DNA of 62,540 bases, counting the filler, from Choristocarpus tenellus KU-1152 (Eukaryota > Protista > Phaeophyceae): NCBI GenBank assembly GCA_964200185.2. It is 12 parts of 12 records of this genome, joined end to end, with 100 filler letters (N's around TTAATTAATTAA, not from the genome) between each part and the next. Parts side by side here need not be neighbours in the genome. Positions count along the whole stretch, not along the records: positions 8,345 to 13,990 come from CAXNAD020010147.1; positions 14,091 to 16,835 come from CAXNAD020025110.1; positions 16,936 to 25,141 come from CAXNAD020004999.1; 9 more parts are not named here. One strand, 5' to 3'. Both the position numbers and the translations under genes were made by a program. The number at the start of each line of letters is the position of its first letter. Within the stretch, counting starts at the first letter, position 1. Positions 10,974 through 22,100 of this stretch are shown here, in pieces. The notes beneath the pieces are model-generated. The model did not search any database. It was not told the origin of the DNA and saw only the letters and a program-made list of their open reading frames with translations.

Positions 10974-12947
10974 GCAATTACTGGCTCTCAGAGGGGGCAG
11001 CCACTGCAGGCAGTAGGCGAAGTGGCTGCCACCTTCAACAGAATGGTGGAAAGGGGTGCACGGCTAGTCACCAGAGAGCAGGTCTGTTGGAGAGGGGGGC
11101 ACGATTGGGAAGATACATGTATCTATGTGTGTATGTGGCGGGAAGAGTGGTGGGTGAATCGTTTTTTGCGTTGGGAAGACAAGGAACAGAAACTCACAAA
11201 TAGGAAAGAACTGTCAACTATTGGAGTTAAAGGTGCTCGTAATGGAGGAAGGTTGAGGATGTAAGAATAATGGCGCGTCACTTTGGTATGAGTGACTCAC
11301 AACATTGTGGACTGATGCTGTTTCCCAAACTGTTCAATACCTTGCTGTACTCTCCCAATTGCCACTTTCAACATCACCACCATCAGCCCTCTGTCCAATC
11401 GCCCTGTTGCTCAGTCATCTTACATCCCATCGCCTCCACTCAGTCACCTTACATTTCTTGCATTTTGCCCCCAATCTTTGTCTCACTTGGTGCCTGCCCT
11501 GCTCTATCAATCAGTTTGTAGATGCTATTACGGCGGGCTATGTAGGTTTGCCTGAGAGTGAGCTTGCTGTTCTCTTCAACTTTTTCGTTCGACCCTCCAG
11601 AAATACCGCACCACCTCGCGTTGAAGGTTGTGGGGTAGGCATGGACAGTTCTACATTCCGAACAGGGAGACGGGGGGTAAGGAAGGAGGGTGGACTCGCA
11701 GATTGGGTGGAGGCTGTGGCGTGTCTAAGGGTCCTTGCTCAGTCGAGAGAGCCAGTCAAGAGTATACTCCGCGGAGTGTTCGATATATTCGCAGGAGCAC
11801 AGCTGCAGGAAAAGCAGGAAGGGTCGGTTCATGGGGTTGCAAGAGGGGACGAGGGAAGAAGCTTCAACAACTTTGTGGTGAGATGTTTTCAGTGGAGGAA
11901 AGATCTTGGTTGGCATATGCAGTAGTGCCAAAGTACCCAGTTTTTGGCGTAGGTCTATATACTACGAGCTCTTCATAGAGCAGAGGAGTGGACGGAGATA
12001 ACCTGTACTGTGTGACAATGATGTACGTTGTGTTGTGCTGGGAGGGATGATGGGAGGGCTTTGTCAGTGTTATGGCCTCCCATGAGCATTGAATAATTTG
12101 TTTCATCAAGCAATATTTCCCCTAATGTCAGGAACTTCCAGGTGCACGTTAATCAATAGCACAGTTTTCCTGAATCTTATGCTCTCAACGTCCGAGCTTC
12201 AGTAACTTGTGCTCGTCTGAGTCTGACCATCTTCCCCTCCTCAATTTCGGGACCTGCCCTGCTCAGGAATCCCCCAACACAACAACGCTTGTGAATGCCG
12301 TAGCTACTACCAGCCCCCCGGTTCTTGCTGGTCAGAGGAGTGTGCCCTTGAGGGACACAGTAGGAATGTTCAGCTTGGCTTGCAGCAATGAGGACGAACG
12401 ACACATCGTTGAAACTGTCTTCCGCCATCGCTTCTGCCTAGAATTAGAAGCCATTCAAAGGAGGAAGCAGGGCCGGAGCACCATTGAGAAAATCGGTAAC
12501 CACCGGCCATGTGAGTTGGCCACAGGCACGGCGGACGGGAGAGTTGGAGAGGCAAGTATAGATGCATCAGGATCACCGCTCCTGCTGGAGGGTCCTTATT
12601 CTCCTTCCCCCAGAACCAGTGTTCATCCCAGTGGGGTCCGATCGCAGCCAAGCAGTCCAGTACATGTCGGGGGAATGGAAAGGGACGGCAATTTCAGTGC
12701 TGTGCTGGTTGCTTCTACTGCAGAGAGTGAGGCAACTTCCTTGAGGAACATGGGAGCCTTGCAAAGTGGTCGGGGGGGTTGGGTTTCATCAGGAGAGTTT
12801 ATGGAGGCATTGGCCAGGTGTCCAGAGATGGAAGAGGTCTTCGGCAAACTACTGACTGCACGTTTGCAGCACCAACATCGTCCAACTTGGATGGCACCAA
12901 TACTGCATGGTGGAGGGGTACTTCCGATGCAAAAGGAGTGGTTGTAA
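10974..12947 (+). CDS. 3' part of a spliced gene for a hypothetical protein with degenerate EF-hand-like motifs; exons about 10974-11081, 11515-11877 and 12267-12947
   Basis: Phase-0 CAG/GT junctions join in frame (VTREQ|FVDAI...FNNFV|ESPNT); motifs LAVLFNFF, VFDIFAG and WVSSGEFMEALARCPE resemble calcineurin-B/EF-hand helices; stop TAA at 12945-12947. Confidence 0.75.
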
Positions 12948-14090
12948 CAGTACTTTACGGCTACAGAGTGCCCCAGAGCAAGTCCAATGCAGATGTCGGG
13001 ATGCAACGGATAGTAGGATAGCAGTGTGGATTACAATGAATGGCAGATACCCATTGTTGCAGTGCTCTGGTAACTCAACGGGTTGGGCAGATTAATTTAT
13101 TAGCAGGTCTCCTAAATACTTCAAACTAGCCAATTGGATCAATGAAGTCAAAGAGTTTATAGAAAGAAAAATGGTGTACGGGTTATCTAGCACGGTCCAA
13201 AAGATAATATCTAAGAACCCCCAAAATTACCCATAGCACTACCACAAGGTAAGTGGTCCTTAATTTTGACAATTGCCAACACTTTTAGCATTTTGCCTGT
13301 TAGGATGAATGTCACATCATTGGCCAGGACCCAAGTTTGTTCTCCCCATCAGCACTTAGTGTCCATGGCTGGCACAGTGTCTGTGTAGACATGAAATTAA
13401 AATCTAGTCTCGAAGGTGGTCTTACATCAAATGGTACTGTATAGCGTGGTATGCAGAATGCACCCATTCTGCTCTCCAAAATTTGGCACATGGAGCAGAC
13501 TTCAAGCACAAGTCAGTGCTGCATGAACTACAAGAGTGATTCCATTTCCTGAATGACCTCCTTCAACCAGACAAATATGTACCATGAGAGGAAAGTGTAG
13601 CAACTGAGACAACCCCCCCCTCCCCTGATAGTCTTCACTCATAGATGTGGCTTGTACTTGACAATAGGCAAGAGTGAACCCCCCTGTTAGATGAACCAAA
13701 GAACTGCTTCCAATTCTCACCTCAAAATGCTCTATTTCACAACAAGTCGAAGCAATCCGGGCAGAGATAGAGAGCGCATCTCAACATTCAAACTGTGTGC
13801 AAGGGGGGGCTCCCCTGTCCAAAAACGCCTACATATAGTGCCAGTGAGTCCAGAAAAAAAATTGGGTGTTCCATACACAGTTTCTTGTGTACTCATACTG
13901 TACTGCTGACTAAATCCCCCCCCCCCCCCCCCCCAAAACCCAACCAAAAACCAATTGGTAGAAAAGGCCGGGAGGGAGATTTCTCCCTAGNNNNNNNNNN
14001 NNNNNNNNNNNNNNNNNNNNNNNNNNNNNNNNNNTTAATTAATTAANNNNNNNNNNNNNNNNNNNNNNNNNNNNNNNNNNNNNNNNNNNN

Positions 14091-14139
14091 CAAATGGACA
14101 CTTGGGTGAAGACCCCCCCCCCCCCAGATACTTTGGGTC
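14091..14139 (+). mobile_element. MITE family A, partial (contig start)
   Basis: CAAATGGACAC...CCCAGATACTTTGGGTC. Confidence 0.85.
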
Positions 14140-14162
14140 TTATCCGATCCCAATTAGGGTCA

Positions 14163-14344
14163 GACCCAAAGTATCCGGGGGGGTGGGAGGGGTCTACACG
14201 AGGGTGTCCATTTTGGACCAAAATCGGGAAAAGTGCAGTTGCTTTATCCATTCGACGTATGGCAGCCAAATCACCCAAAAATCGTGATATGAAAAAATTG
14301 ACTCCAAATGGACAGCCGCCACTCCCTCCCAGATACTTTGAGCC
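14163..14344 (-). mobile_element. MITE family A, full copy
   Basis: GACCCAAAGTATCC...AGATACTTTGAGCC; TCA on both flanks. Confidence 0.9.
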
Positions 14345-14349
14345 TCAAC

Positions 14350-15250
14350 GTTACCACCCCACCAAAACTAGCAGACAAACTGCTTCCAATCCTGCCAAAA
14401 CAACTCTATGGACTGAAACTTGGGCATAGAAGGTGGCGTACAAACCATACCCCTGCCCTCCTTCCTCATGAACGATTCTGCCCGCTCAGGGACTTCTCTG
14501 GGCAGTGACTCTGAAAAAAGCCCTCGTTGCAGCAGCAACCTCTTCCTTAGAAAGCCGATCCAACAGTGAGAATTACCCTTCGGAAATGTCCCCACAGTTG
14601 GCACTACAAATTTGTGGTCTCTCCCTCCCCGCCCAACTTTGATTGTTTCGACCTTGTAAGTACACAACAAGTCTGTGTTGTTGCACCCCTTGGAGTTAGC
14701 CTCAGGAATCTAACATGTCCTCATCAAAGTCATGGTGGTATCATGCATTATCGAGACACAAAATCATCTTCTCCCCGGGGTACCTCAAAGTGAAGGAGGG
14801 AGCAAGGTATTTCACCATCCACTCCATAAACATCTCATTATCTATTGATGCATGATTATCACCTTCACTTCTTCTAGCCTGCAACCACAATTCTCCTATC
14901 TCAATCTCAATAATCCTGGAGAGGGTTCTTCCTCGCTATAACCATCGAGGCCCTTGCCTGGTCTTTCCTCGACCTCCCCCTTTTGTTTTGCGGCGTACCC
15001 ATGTCTGCAGGTGCCTCTGAGGCCGATCCCCTCGACCACTTGCTTTTGTTATCACTATCCTAGGGCCCCTTTCTTGGGGCGTCAATAACTAAGATTGTCT
15101 TCTAATCAGGAAAAATACTCTGTTGAAGTTGGTAGTCTACTCTTGTTTTGTAGCAACTAAGGTATACTGTGCTTGTGTGATCTAGAAAAATACGAGACCT
15201 ATCAGAACTTTCAGTAAGGCCTCTTCATATTTGAACAGACGCCAATACCT
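14350..15250 (-). pseudogene. Decayed IS630/Tc1-mariner-type DDE transposase (long D-E spacing, Sailor-like)
   Basis: Minus-strand motifs DNHASIDNEMF-MEWMVKYLAPSFTLRYPGEKMILCLDNA*YHH (second D at about 14752) and VCTPPSMPKFQSIELFWQDWK (E at about 14406); stops and frameshifts present. Confidence 0.75.
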
Positions 15251-15981
15251 AAATTTTTACATATAGGCTTTGAGGATTACACTGACATGAAGTTGAAATC
15301 ACAGGCTTTCCCTCCATCACACCATCACTTGTGAGGACAGTGTATAGAATGAGATAACTATTAGAACTAACCAATAAATCAAATTCCGAAATAAAATAAA
15401 ATAAAAAGTTAGTAGAAAGCTAGAAAACAACCTTAATTGCTACTTCCTTTACTAAACAGTAAACATTAACGTCAGTCAATAGTGTTAGAAAAATGGATCT
15501 TGTATAGCCCTCAGATACTTTCCCTCATATTTTATCGCAAAACCATCTAACCCTTCCCACACAAGTACAGTTCTTACTAGTAGTTTTGACGAGTCTTACT
15601 GCCATTTCTAACGAGTGTTCCAAACGTTAGAAACTCTGGGGAAATATTAAGAACTTTCTGGGAAGGTGTTGAATATGAAAGAATCCCAATTTCAACCAAC
15701 TTCACTTCCACTAAAGGTCACTTGCTCTTTGAGTAGCAACATGCTCTCTGGAGGGTCGTTCATCTAAGTTAGGGGTATTAAGGGTAACCCAATCTTTAGA
15801 ATGATACGCTTTTACATTTACAGGACTACAATTTTTGAGTGTGGAAAGAAAAACAAGGGTAGAGAGTCTATATTGACACTTTATGCTTTTCTACATCAAC
15901 AATATCGAAATATTGATATCGATATCGTTGTAATACCCATAGGAGTTAACCGATACACAATGAAAACCTTTCACGCCAATA

Positions 15982-16427
15982 TGTCACAGGCGAATGAATA
16001 GCGCGAGTATTTCTTCCCGCACTTTAACCAGCACGAGCAGTATACGCGCGTGGGGAACCCCAAAAAGGGGAACTCCGATTTGCCTAAAAGTTCCAGAATA
16101 AATTGTAACTCGGGTAGTTGCAGAGGGTCATGGATGGATGGTCGGAAAGGGTTCTCAGATATGTGCAAGTATTTGTAAACCCGAATAATCCCCCAACGGC
16201 AAATGATGATTAGAGTTCCTAAAAACGGCTCAAATCAGCTCAGTTCTTCTGACCTAACAAGACCCACATAAGCTCACACTCTATCTGATGCCAGACTTTG
16301 TATACATTTTATACTGATTGATTCATTTGAGAGTACCCCTGTTCTGCTGAGCTGACGTTCGATAATCTTTGAATTGGACTTGACTTGCACATCCTGTGGA
16401 GGTGAGCATTGAGGGGCGCCAGTAACA
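15982..16427 (+). mobile_element. Solo LTR (family D)
   Basis: TGTCACAGGCG...CGCCAGTAACA termini, about 445 bp, 4-bp TSD AATA. Confidence 0.85.
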
Positions 16428-16569
16428 AATACTGATGCCATCACCTATAATATTTTGAGGTTTCTTTTGCTCACGAATTCTGGATTATTATTTTACATTA
16501 TCTGTTTGCAATTCACCCATTCCCCTTTCCCTCCTCATTGTACCCCCACTTAGGTTCACCCAGTATGAC

Positions 16570-16835
16570 CTCTTCACCACTGATTTCCCGTCCTCCCCCC
16601 CCTTTGCGATGGACAACCAATGCGAACCCCTTTCAACACTGATCTCCAGCCAACGCCCACCACTGACGACCAACCAGTGCGAACCCCCTTCGCTACTGGT
16701 TTCCTAGTTACCTCCCATCTCTGATGACCAACCAGTGTGAGCCCCCTTCGTCACTGATTTCCAGTCACCCCCCCCCTTTGCGATGGACAACCAATGCGAA
16801 CCCCTTTCAACACTGATCTCCAGCCAACGCCCACC
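16570..16835. repeat. Minisatellite of about 58-60 bp with about 177-bp higher-order period
   Basis: Units ending CAACCA(A/G)TGCGAACCCC; units 1/4 and 2/5 nearly identical. Confidence 0.8.
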
Positions 16836-17013
16836 NNNNNNNNNNNNNNNNNNNNNNNNNNNNNNNNNNNNNNNNNNNNTTAATTAATTAANNNNNNNNN
16901 NNNNNNNNNNNNNNNNNNNNNNNNNNNNNNNNNNNTAATCTTTTTTATTTTTTGGTTACTCATACGTAACTGACCGTTCCTATTGGAGTTTGAATTGTCA
17001 GCTTTTGAGCAAG

Positions 17014-17039
17014 CCCCCCCCCCCCAGATACTTTGAGCC
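17014..17039. mobile_element. MITE terminus remnant
   Basis: poly-C + AGATACTTTGAGCC. Confidence 0.6.
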
Positions 17040-18939
17040 AAAATAAAAAGAAATTCAAGGTCACCTTAAGCATAGACCTCACAGCTACACAGGAATACTT
17101 GACAGGATTAACATTGGAGAAGGCTCAAGTGTTAAGGCTTTCGACTTCTGATAGCAGGAGCAACTCGCGAATAAGAGAAAGGCGATACTCCCAGAGAGAC
17201 GAAAGATTCAATACCATTCAATAGTATACTGATATCAGACATGCTTCCCCACATTTTATGACATATTCAAGTACAACACTAGATCCCTTGAGTACTTGTA
17301 GGCACTACTACAAGATCAACAAGGAAAAAGGGATGCAAAAATGAAATACATGTGCTGTTCCGCAGGCTATGAAACATTTCCTAGATCAGTACACATTGAA
17401 GAATCCTAACTGTGGCTTTTCTATATATCAGGACAGGGCATCCAGCTTTAAAGAAATATTTGAAACATGAGTGAAATATGGAAAAAAGAAATTATTACTG
17501 AAAGCAGAAGACCCTTATTGTATCTACAACTACGACTATTACTCCAACTCCTACCACTGCTTTGTATACATCTATAAACCAAATAAAACTATCTGCATGT
17601 GGATCACCTGGAGTAGGTCTGAACTCCTCCTATGCATCCAGCGATAAAGAATACCAACTCCATGTCATTCTTAACCAAACCAGTTCTCCCCTCAATTGCT
17701 AGCAGGACTAATGGCCCACCGTTAAAAAAAAATGTCTTTGCTAGAGAGTATCGTACCTGGACATTGGCGACACATCCATTTTCCAGTTGGTTTTTGACGT
17801 TGGGTGGTTTCGACGGACTGCAAAAGTACACTTGAACTCGCCAAGAAGTCCTTAGGGACCCTAATCCTGTCCAGCTGTACTTCCTCAGCACACCTCGCAC
17901 TCACCCCAGAGCAAACGTAGCGAACCTTTTCGATTCTCGTGAACGGACTGGAGGGGCTTCCACTCCCCCCACACAGCAAATCTTCTGCTCACGTAAGCGC
18001 GGTCCTAATACTTGGCATGAACTCCACACTAATGCCCTCCCCAGAAGATTGGGAGGTCCCTCCATGATCAGAATGTCAAATACTCTTCCACTTGTAAGGC
18101 ACAACACCAAATGAGATAGGGGCCAGATGTCCGCACATCCTGTAGTGCTTGACAACCCAAGGAGTACCAGACATCCCTAGTATACAGGTATCCTCCAGTG
18201 TTCGGTGGAGCGCATTAGTCAGAGAGGTTTTACCAAATACCAGGGCTGAACACATGTACAACGTATTGGGCTTCACGATGATGGAAGATTGGAAGCCACG
18301 GAAAATTAAGCTGTACCTTTTCCATTCCAGAAATTCAAGTAACATGATGTTCCAGATGTTCTAATTGCACCTCCTGCAACATATCTTGTAGCCACATATA
18401 TTTGCCCTCATATTTAACATAAATGCTGCTCCCCAAAACTTGGAACACATTGCAATATTCAGAATATCGAAGGTTGTCGCACTTTTCAAGCACAAAAGAA
18501 AAGGCCATGGGGCTTGAGATACCTGGAATATTCCATCGTGATTATCTAGAACGATCGCTGGATGCATGCACTATGCGAACATGCCCCAGATTTTGGTGAG
18601 AGCATTACAATGGACCTACTGCATAGTAGACGCAAATCATACATGTACTGACCAGAAGATTCTATGCGTGAGGAATCAGACTGCTCTCCTTCCACACTTT
18701 CACAAATTCAACAGACAAGCAAAAGTATCATCAGATCTCTGCAGATGAGAGTCTATTGCTAGGAGGAGGATTATCATGGACACATGGGACTATCTCGTGC
18801 AGATGGGGCTCATTGATCAGGTCGTCCCCATCAACCCACTTACATTTCACAATAATAGAAAAGAAAAAACATTACGCCTCCCAAATCACTACTCACACCA
18901 GTGTACCTAACCCCTTTCACAAACACATTGTGCTTGGTG

Positions 18940-19149
18940 ATGTCACACGAACAGCGTCCATGCGAGACCTGCAAACCAGGTGACCCTACAAATCATCCAA
19001 CTGCTATATCAGAAACCGGTTGTCAAGAAGCGTACGATGCCGTGGACAGGTGCATGTTGGCGCATGGAGGAAATGTTGGTGACTGCAAACGTGAATGGGA
19101 CTTGTTCAGGGCCTGTCATGAGGGACGACAAGAGAAGGGACCGCGATGA
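18940..19149 (+). CDS. Small twin CX9C (CHCH) protein, COA4/Cmc3-like mitochondrial intermembrane-space protein
   Basis: 69 aa: ISETGC-QEAYDAVDR-C...C-KREWDLFRA-C, two exact CX9C motifs in a COA4-like context; may be the last exon of a longer gene. Confidence 0.75.
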   Translation: MSHEQRPCETCKPGDPTNHPTAISETGCQEAYDAVDRCMLAHGGNVGDCKREWDLFRACHEGRQEKGPR

Positions 19150-22100
19150 CCTCACAAGGTATGTTGCCGTTACATATTCCACTTGCCGCAAGCTACTTTG
19201 TAATCCCAAAGAAGAATTGCAACCCCAACCCTAATCCAAACATAGCATTTCCTTCCAACGTTTTAGGTATGTGTTCATGTGGAATGCACGAGCATGGCCT
19301 ACTACATCTTGACTCGTCCCACAGGGGTAGCCAATGCCCCTGAACTTGATGGTCTCTTGTGATGGAGAGTGATCCAGCTGCTGCTGCCTGGGAAATGAGG
19401 ACTCCAATTCTTTATTTTCAAATTTTCTATCGCCAATTGAATCCTCCCTTTTTATACCATACTGTCTGCGCAACAAAATAGATTCACTGAGCTTCCTCCA
19501 CCCAGTTGGTAAATATTCATGTGCTGATCTACATCTGAAGCTTGATTATGAGATCATATAAAGATGATGTATCTAGGAGGTCCGCTTACTCGATCCCCAG
19601 TTGACGTTCCCATTTTCTCCCAATCACCCTCCTCGAGGAGGTTGTGCGACGGAAGGCACAACCCTACGCAGCAATGGCCAAATTGCATTTATGATCTCCA
19701 CTTTTTACATTCACAATGAAATCTCAGTGGGAAGGAAACTAGGGTGCAGGCAGCACCTTGTGGTGGAAGTGAAGGTAAGATGCAATGCCACTCGGAGTTG
19801 AATTTTTTAAGGTAGATAGAAGTCAGTGCGGTAGCACACAATAACAAGAAGGAAAAAATGTATTTTTTGTATATTTGCCGTATGATGGAGTGTCACCTTG
19901 TTTGGTGTTGTGTGGAAAACTTGCATTTGGGGTAGCAAGTCCTTCACACTATAGGCAGGTCTTGGAATGCCACTTCCTCTCTTACACCCTTGTGGTTTTT
20001 CTTGTGGTGTTCAGTCTCTCCTATTGTGGCAGAAGCAGCAACTTCTTAGGTGCAACATAAGATATCGTCTTTATGGCAAGAATGTTTCGAACCAGACATG
20101 ATCAATGGCGATTTAAATCCGAAGGATATGACCCAACGGTTCTGATCCTTGAAAATTAGGTGTTTAGTTTTTTGTCTTGGTTATTACAGTTGAGATTTGG
20201 TCTAGCGTTTCGTATGTTGGATTCCCTCGACTCACAAAATGTTCAATCATTTCCTTAGCCATTGGTGGAACCTACAGCAGACTATGTTTTCAGATTTTCA
20301 CTGCATATCTTAAGATATAGATGGAAAAGGCACACATTTTAAAGGGGTTTTTTTGCCATTTATCTCAAGTCAAGACATGCTTAATGGTGTGGGATGGATA
20401 TTTCCTGCATGAATACCATGGTCATGGGGCGGGTTGTGTGAGGAGACCCGGAATAATTTTTGGACTGGCAGATACGGAGTCAAGTCAGGATGGTTAATGT
20501 CCAGTATACACAGACTGGGAGGACCCAAGAGTCCCACGAGTCCCGAAAGGAGTGATACAGCCCTAGTAACATGAGTGTGCCGCAGAGTGGTAAATTGCAC
20601 TGCATCCTTTTCCCATCTCCCAGGAAGCACCTACTTTGGTTGTGGGTCGTGACGATGTTATTGAATATGGCTCCATTGCAGTAGTTTTTCCTTTGATATG
20701 GGGGATACCTAGTCTGGTAAAGGCGGTTGCTGCCTGGTCGTTTTACTTCATCTTTTTGGTACATAGCTTTTGTCTGGAGATATGTTGCTCAAGAGACCTT
20801 GATGTGGGAGGTTTCTGTCTAATACCTTGCAATTGAGAGGGATTATTGATGTGTATGCTCTTACTCCTATATCTTGAGACAACAACCAATTCTCTTTGTC
20901 CAATAGATTACTTGATTTTGAACTTTATAATTGGGCCTGGATTTCAGATCACACATTCCTATCTGAGTGTCAAACCTTTTTACTTCCCTCCCAAAGGTTG
21001 AAATCTAGTCATTTCACCTTTTGGTTGACAAGTCAATTATTCTGCATTGCACTTTTTTATCTCATTTTTGATGTTTGTACTGCCCTTGTTAACCGGCAAT
21101 GTGTAGGGATTTGCTTCAACCCATATATTGCTTGAATTGTGTTATTTTATGTGTGTACTGGCTGGAACTTGTCTCGTGGTTGACTTTCCATAACTAACTG
21201 TAGTTTCCTGGAGTATGTGCTAGCTTAGGCTCTTGTATTGTGCATCGCGCATTTTATCACTATCCAATTCTTAACCACACTGTGAAGAAACTGGATGAAT
21301 AGTTCTAGAATTGGCCGTTGAACTAAGGTGAGAATTCTTTTTTGGATTTGCAACCTCGTCCTCAATCAGTATTTTGATGTAGGCAGCTCACATTGCTGAA
21401 GATTGGAAAAATTGTACACACAATGGCACTAGGACCTAGGGGCAAACAAGGCTGGTGTGGTGTGGTGTACTTTTGTAGTTTGCCTCTCGCAGTCTCAATA
21501 TTGAAATATTAAAATTTTGACATCCTCTTCTTCCAACACTGGGCTCCTTGATCCTTGAGCAGATTGAAACGATTGGAACATGTGGTGTTGACAGAGGGGA
21601 TGGTCTTTGGCGACAAGCTCATCCCTGTGAACACCTACTGTTGAAGAGACACAATGTTGGGAGCCGTTAGAAGCGTTTTTCAAAGGATGACATACTACGC
21701 TGTTGCTAGGTTGCATTAGATATTTGACTTGAAAATGTGTCCCCTCAGCTGGGTGACGGTCTTCTTCTGCCCTCTGTTGTATTGGTATATTTTGCATTGA
21801 TGTGGCCTCAAGTACTAGTTTATTGGTGGGGGAGTTCCAACCCAGTAGACACTGCATAAAACCTTATAATGTGTAGGTAGGGATTCTGCAATGGTAAGTG
21901 TATCCTCTCTTTTCTTTCAATCTTGAAGCATAGGTGTCATTGGTGGTGACTATGGCGTGCTCAGGGGATTTACTGAATGCAGTGCTTTGTAGTTCTAATG
22001 CTGTGTGTGGTTTGTGTTTGTGAAGAAAGGATTGAGAGGTGAGTCAGTGCCTCTGTCAAGTTTTTGCCCTGAGCATGGTGGTCACGCATTTTCTGTGTTT

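Noticed and set aside
14094-14429. ORFs recurring in MITE and LTR copies (PPPRYF, SENPFRPSIHDP peptides)
   Set aside because: Spurious translations of non-coding repeats; frames are not conserved among copies
16570-16835. CRISPR-like array
   Set aside because: The variable segments recur and are mutually homologous; no cas genes; eukaryotic context
17600-18800. Possible decayed Cys/His-rich transposase (KDZ/CxC-like)
   Set aside because: No diagnostic motif could be confirmed by eye
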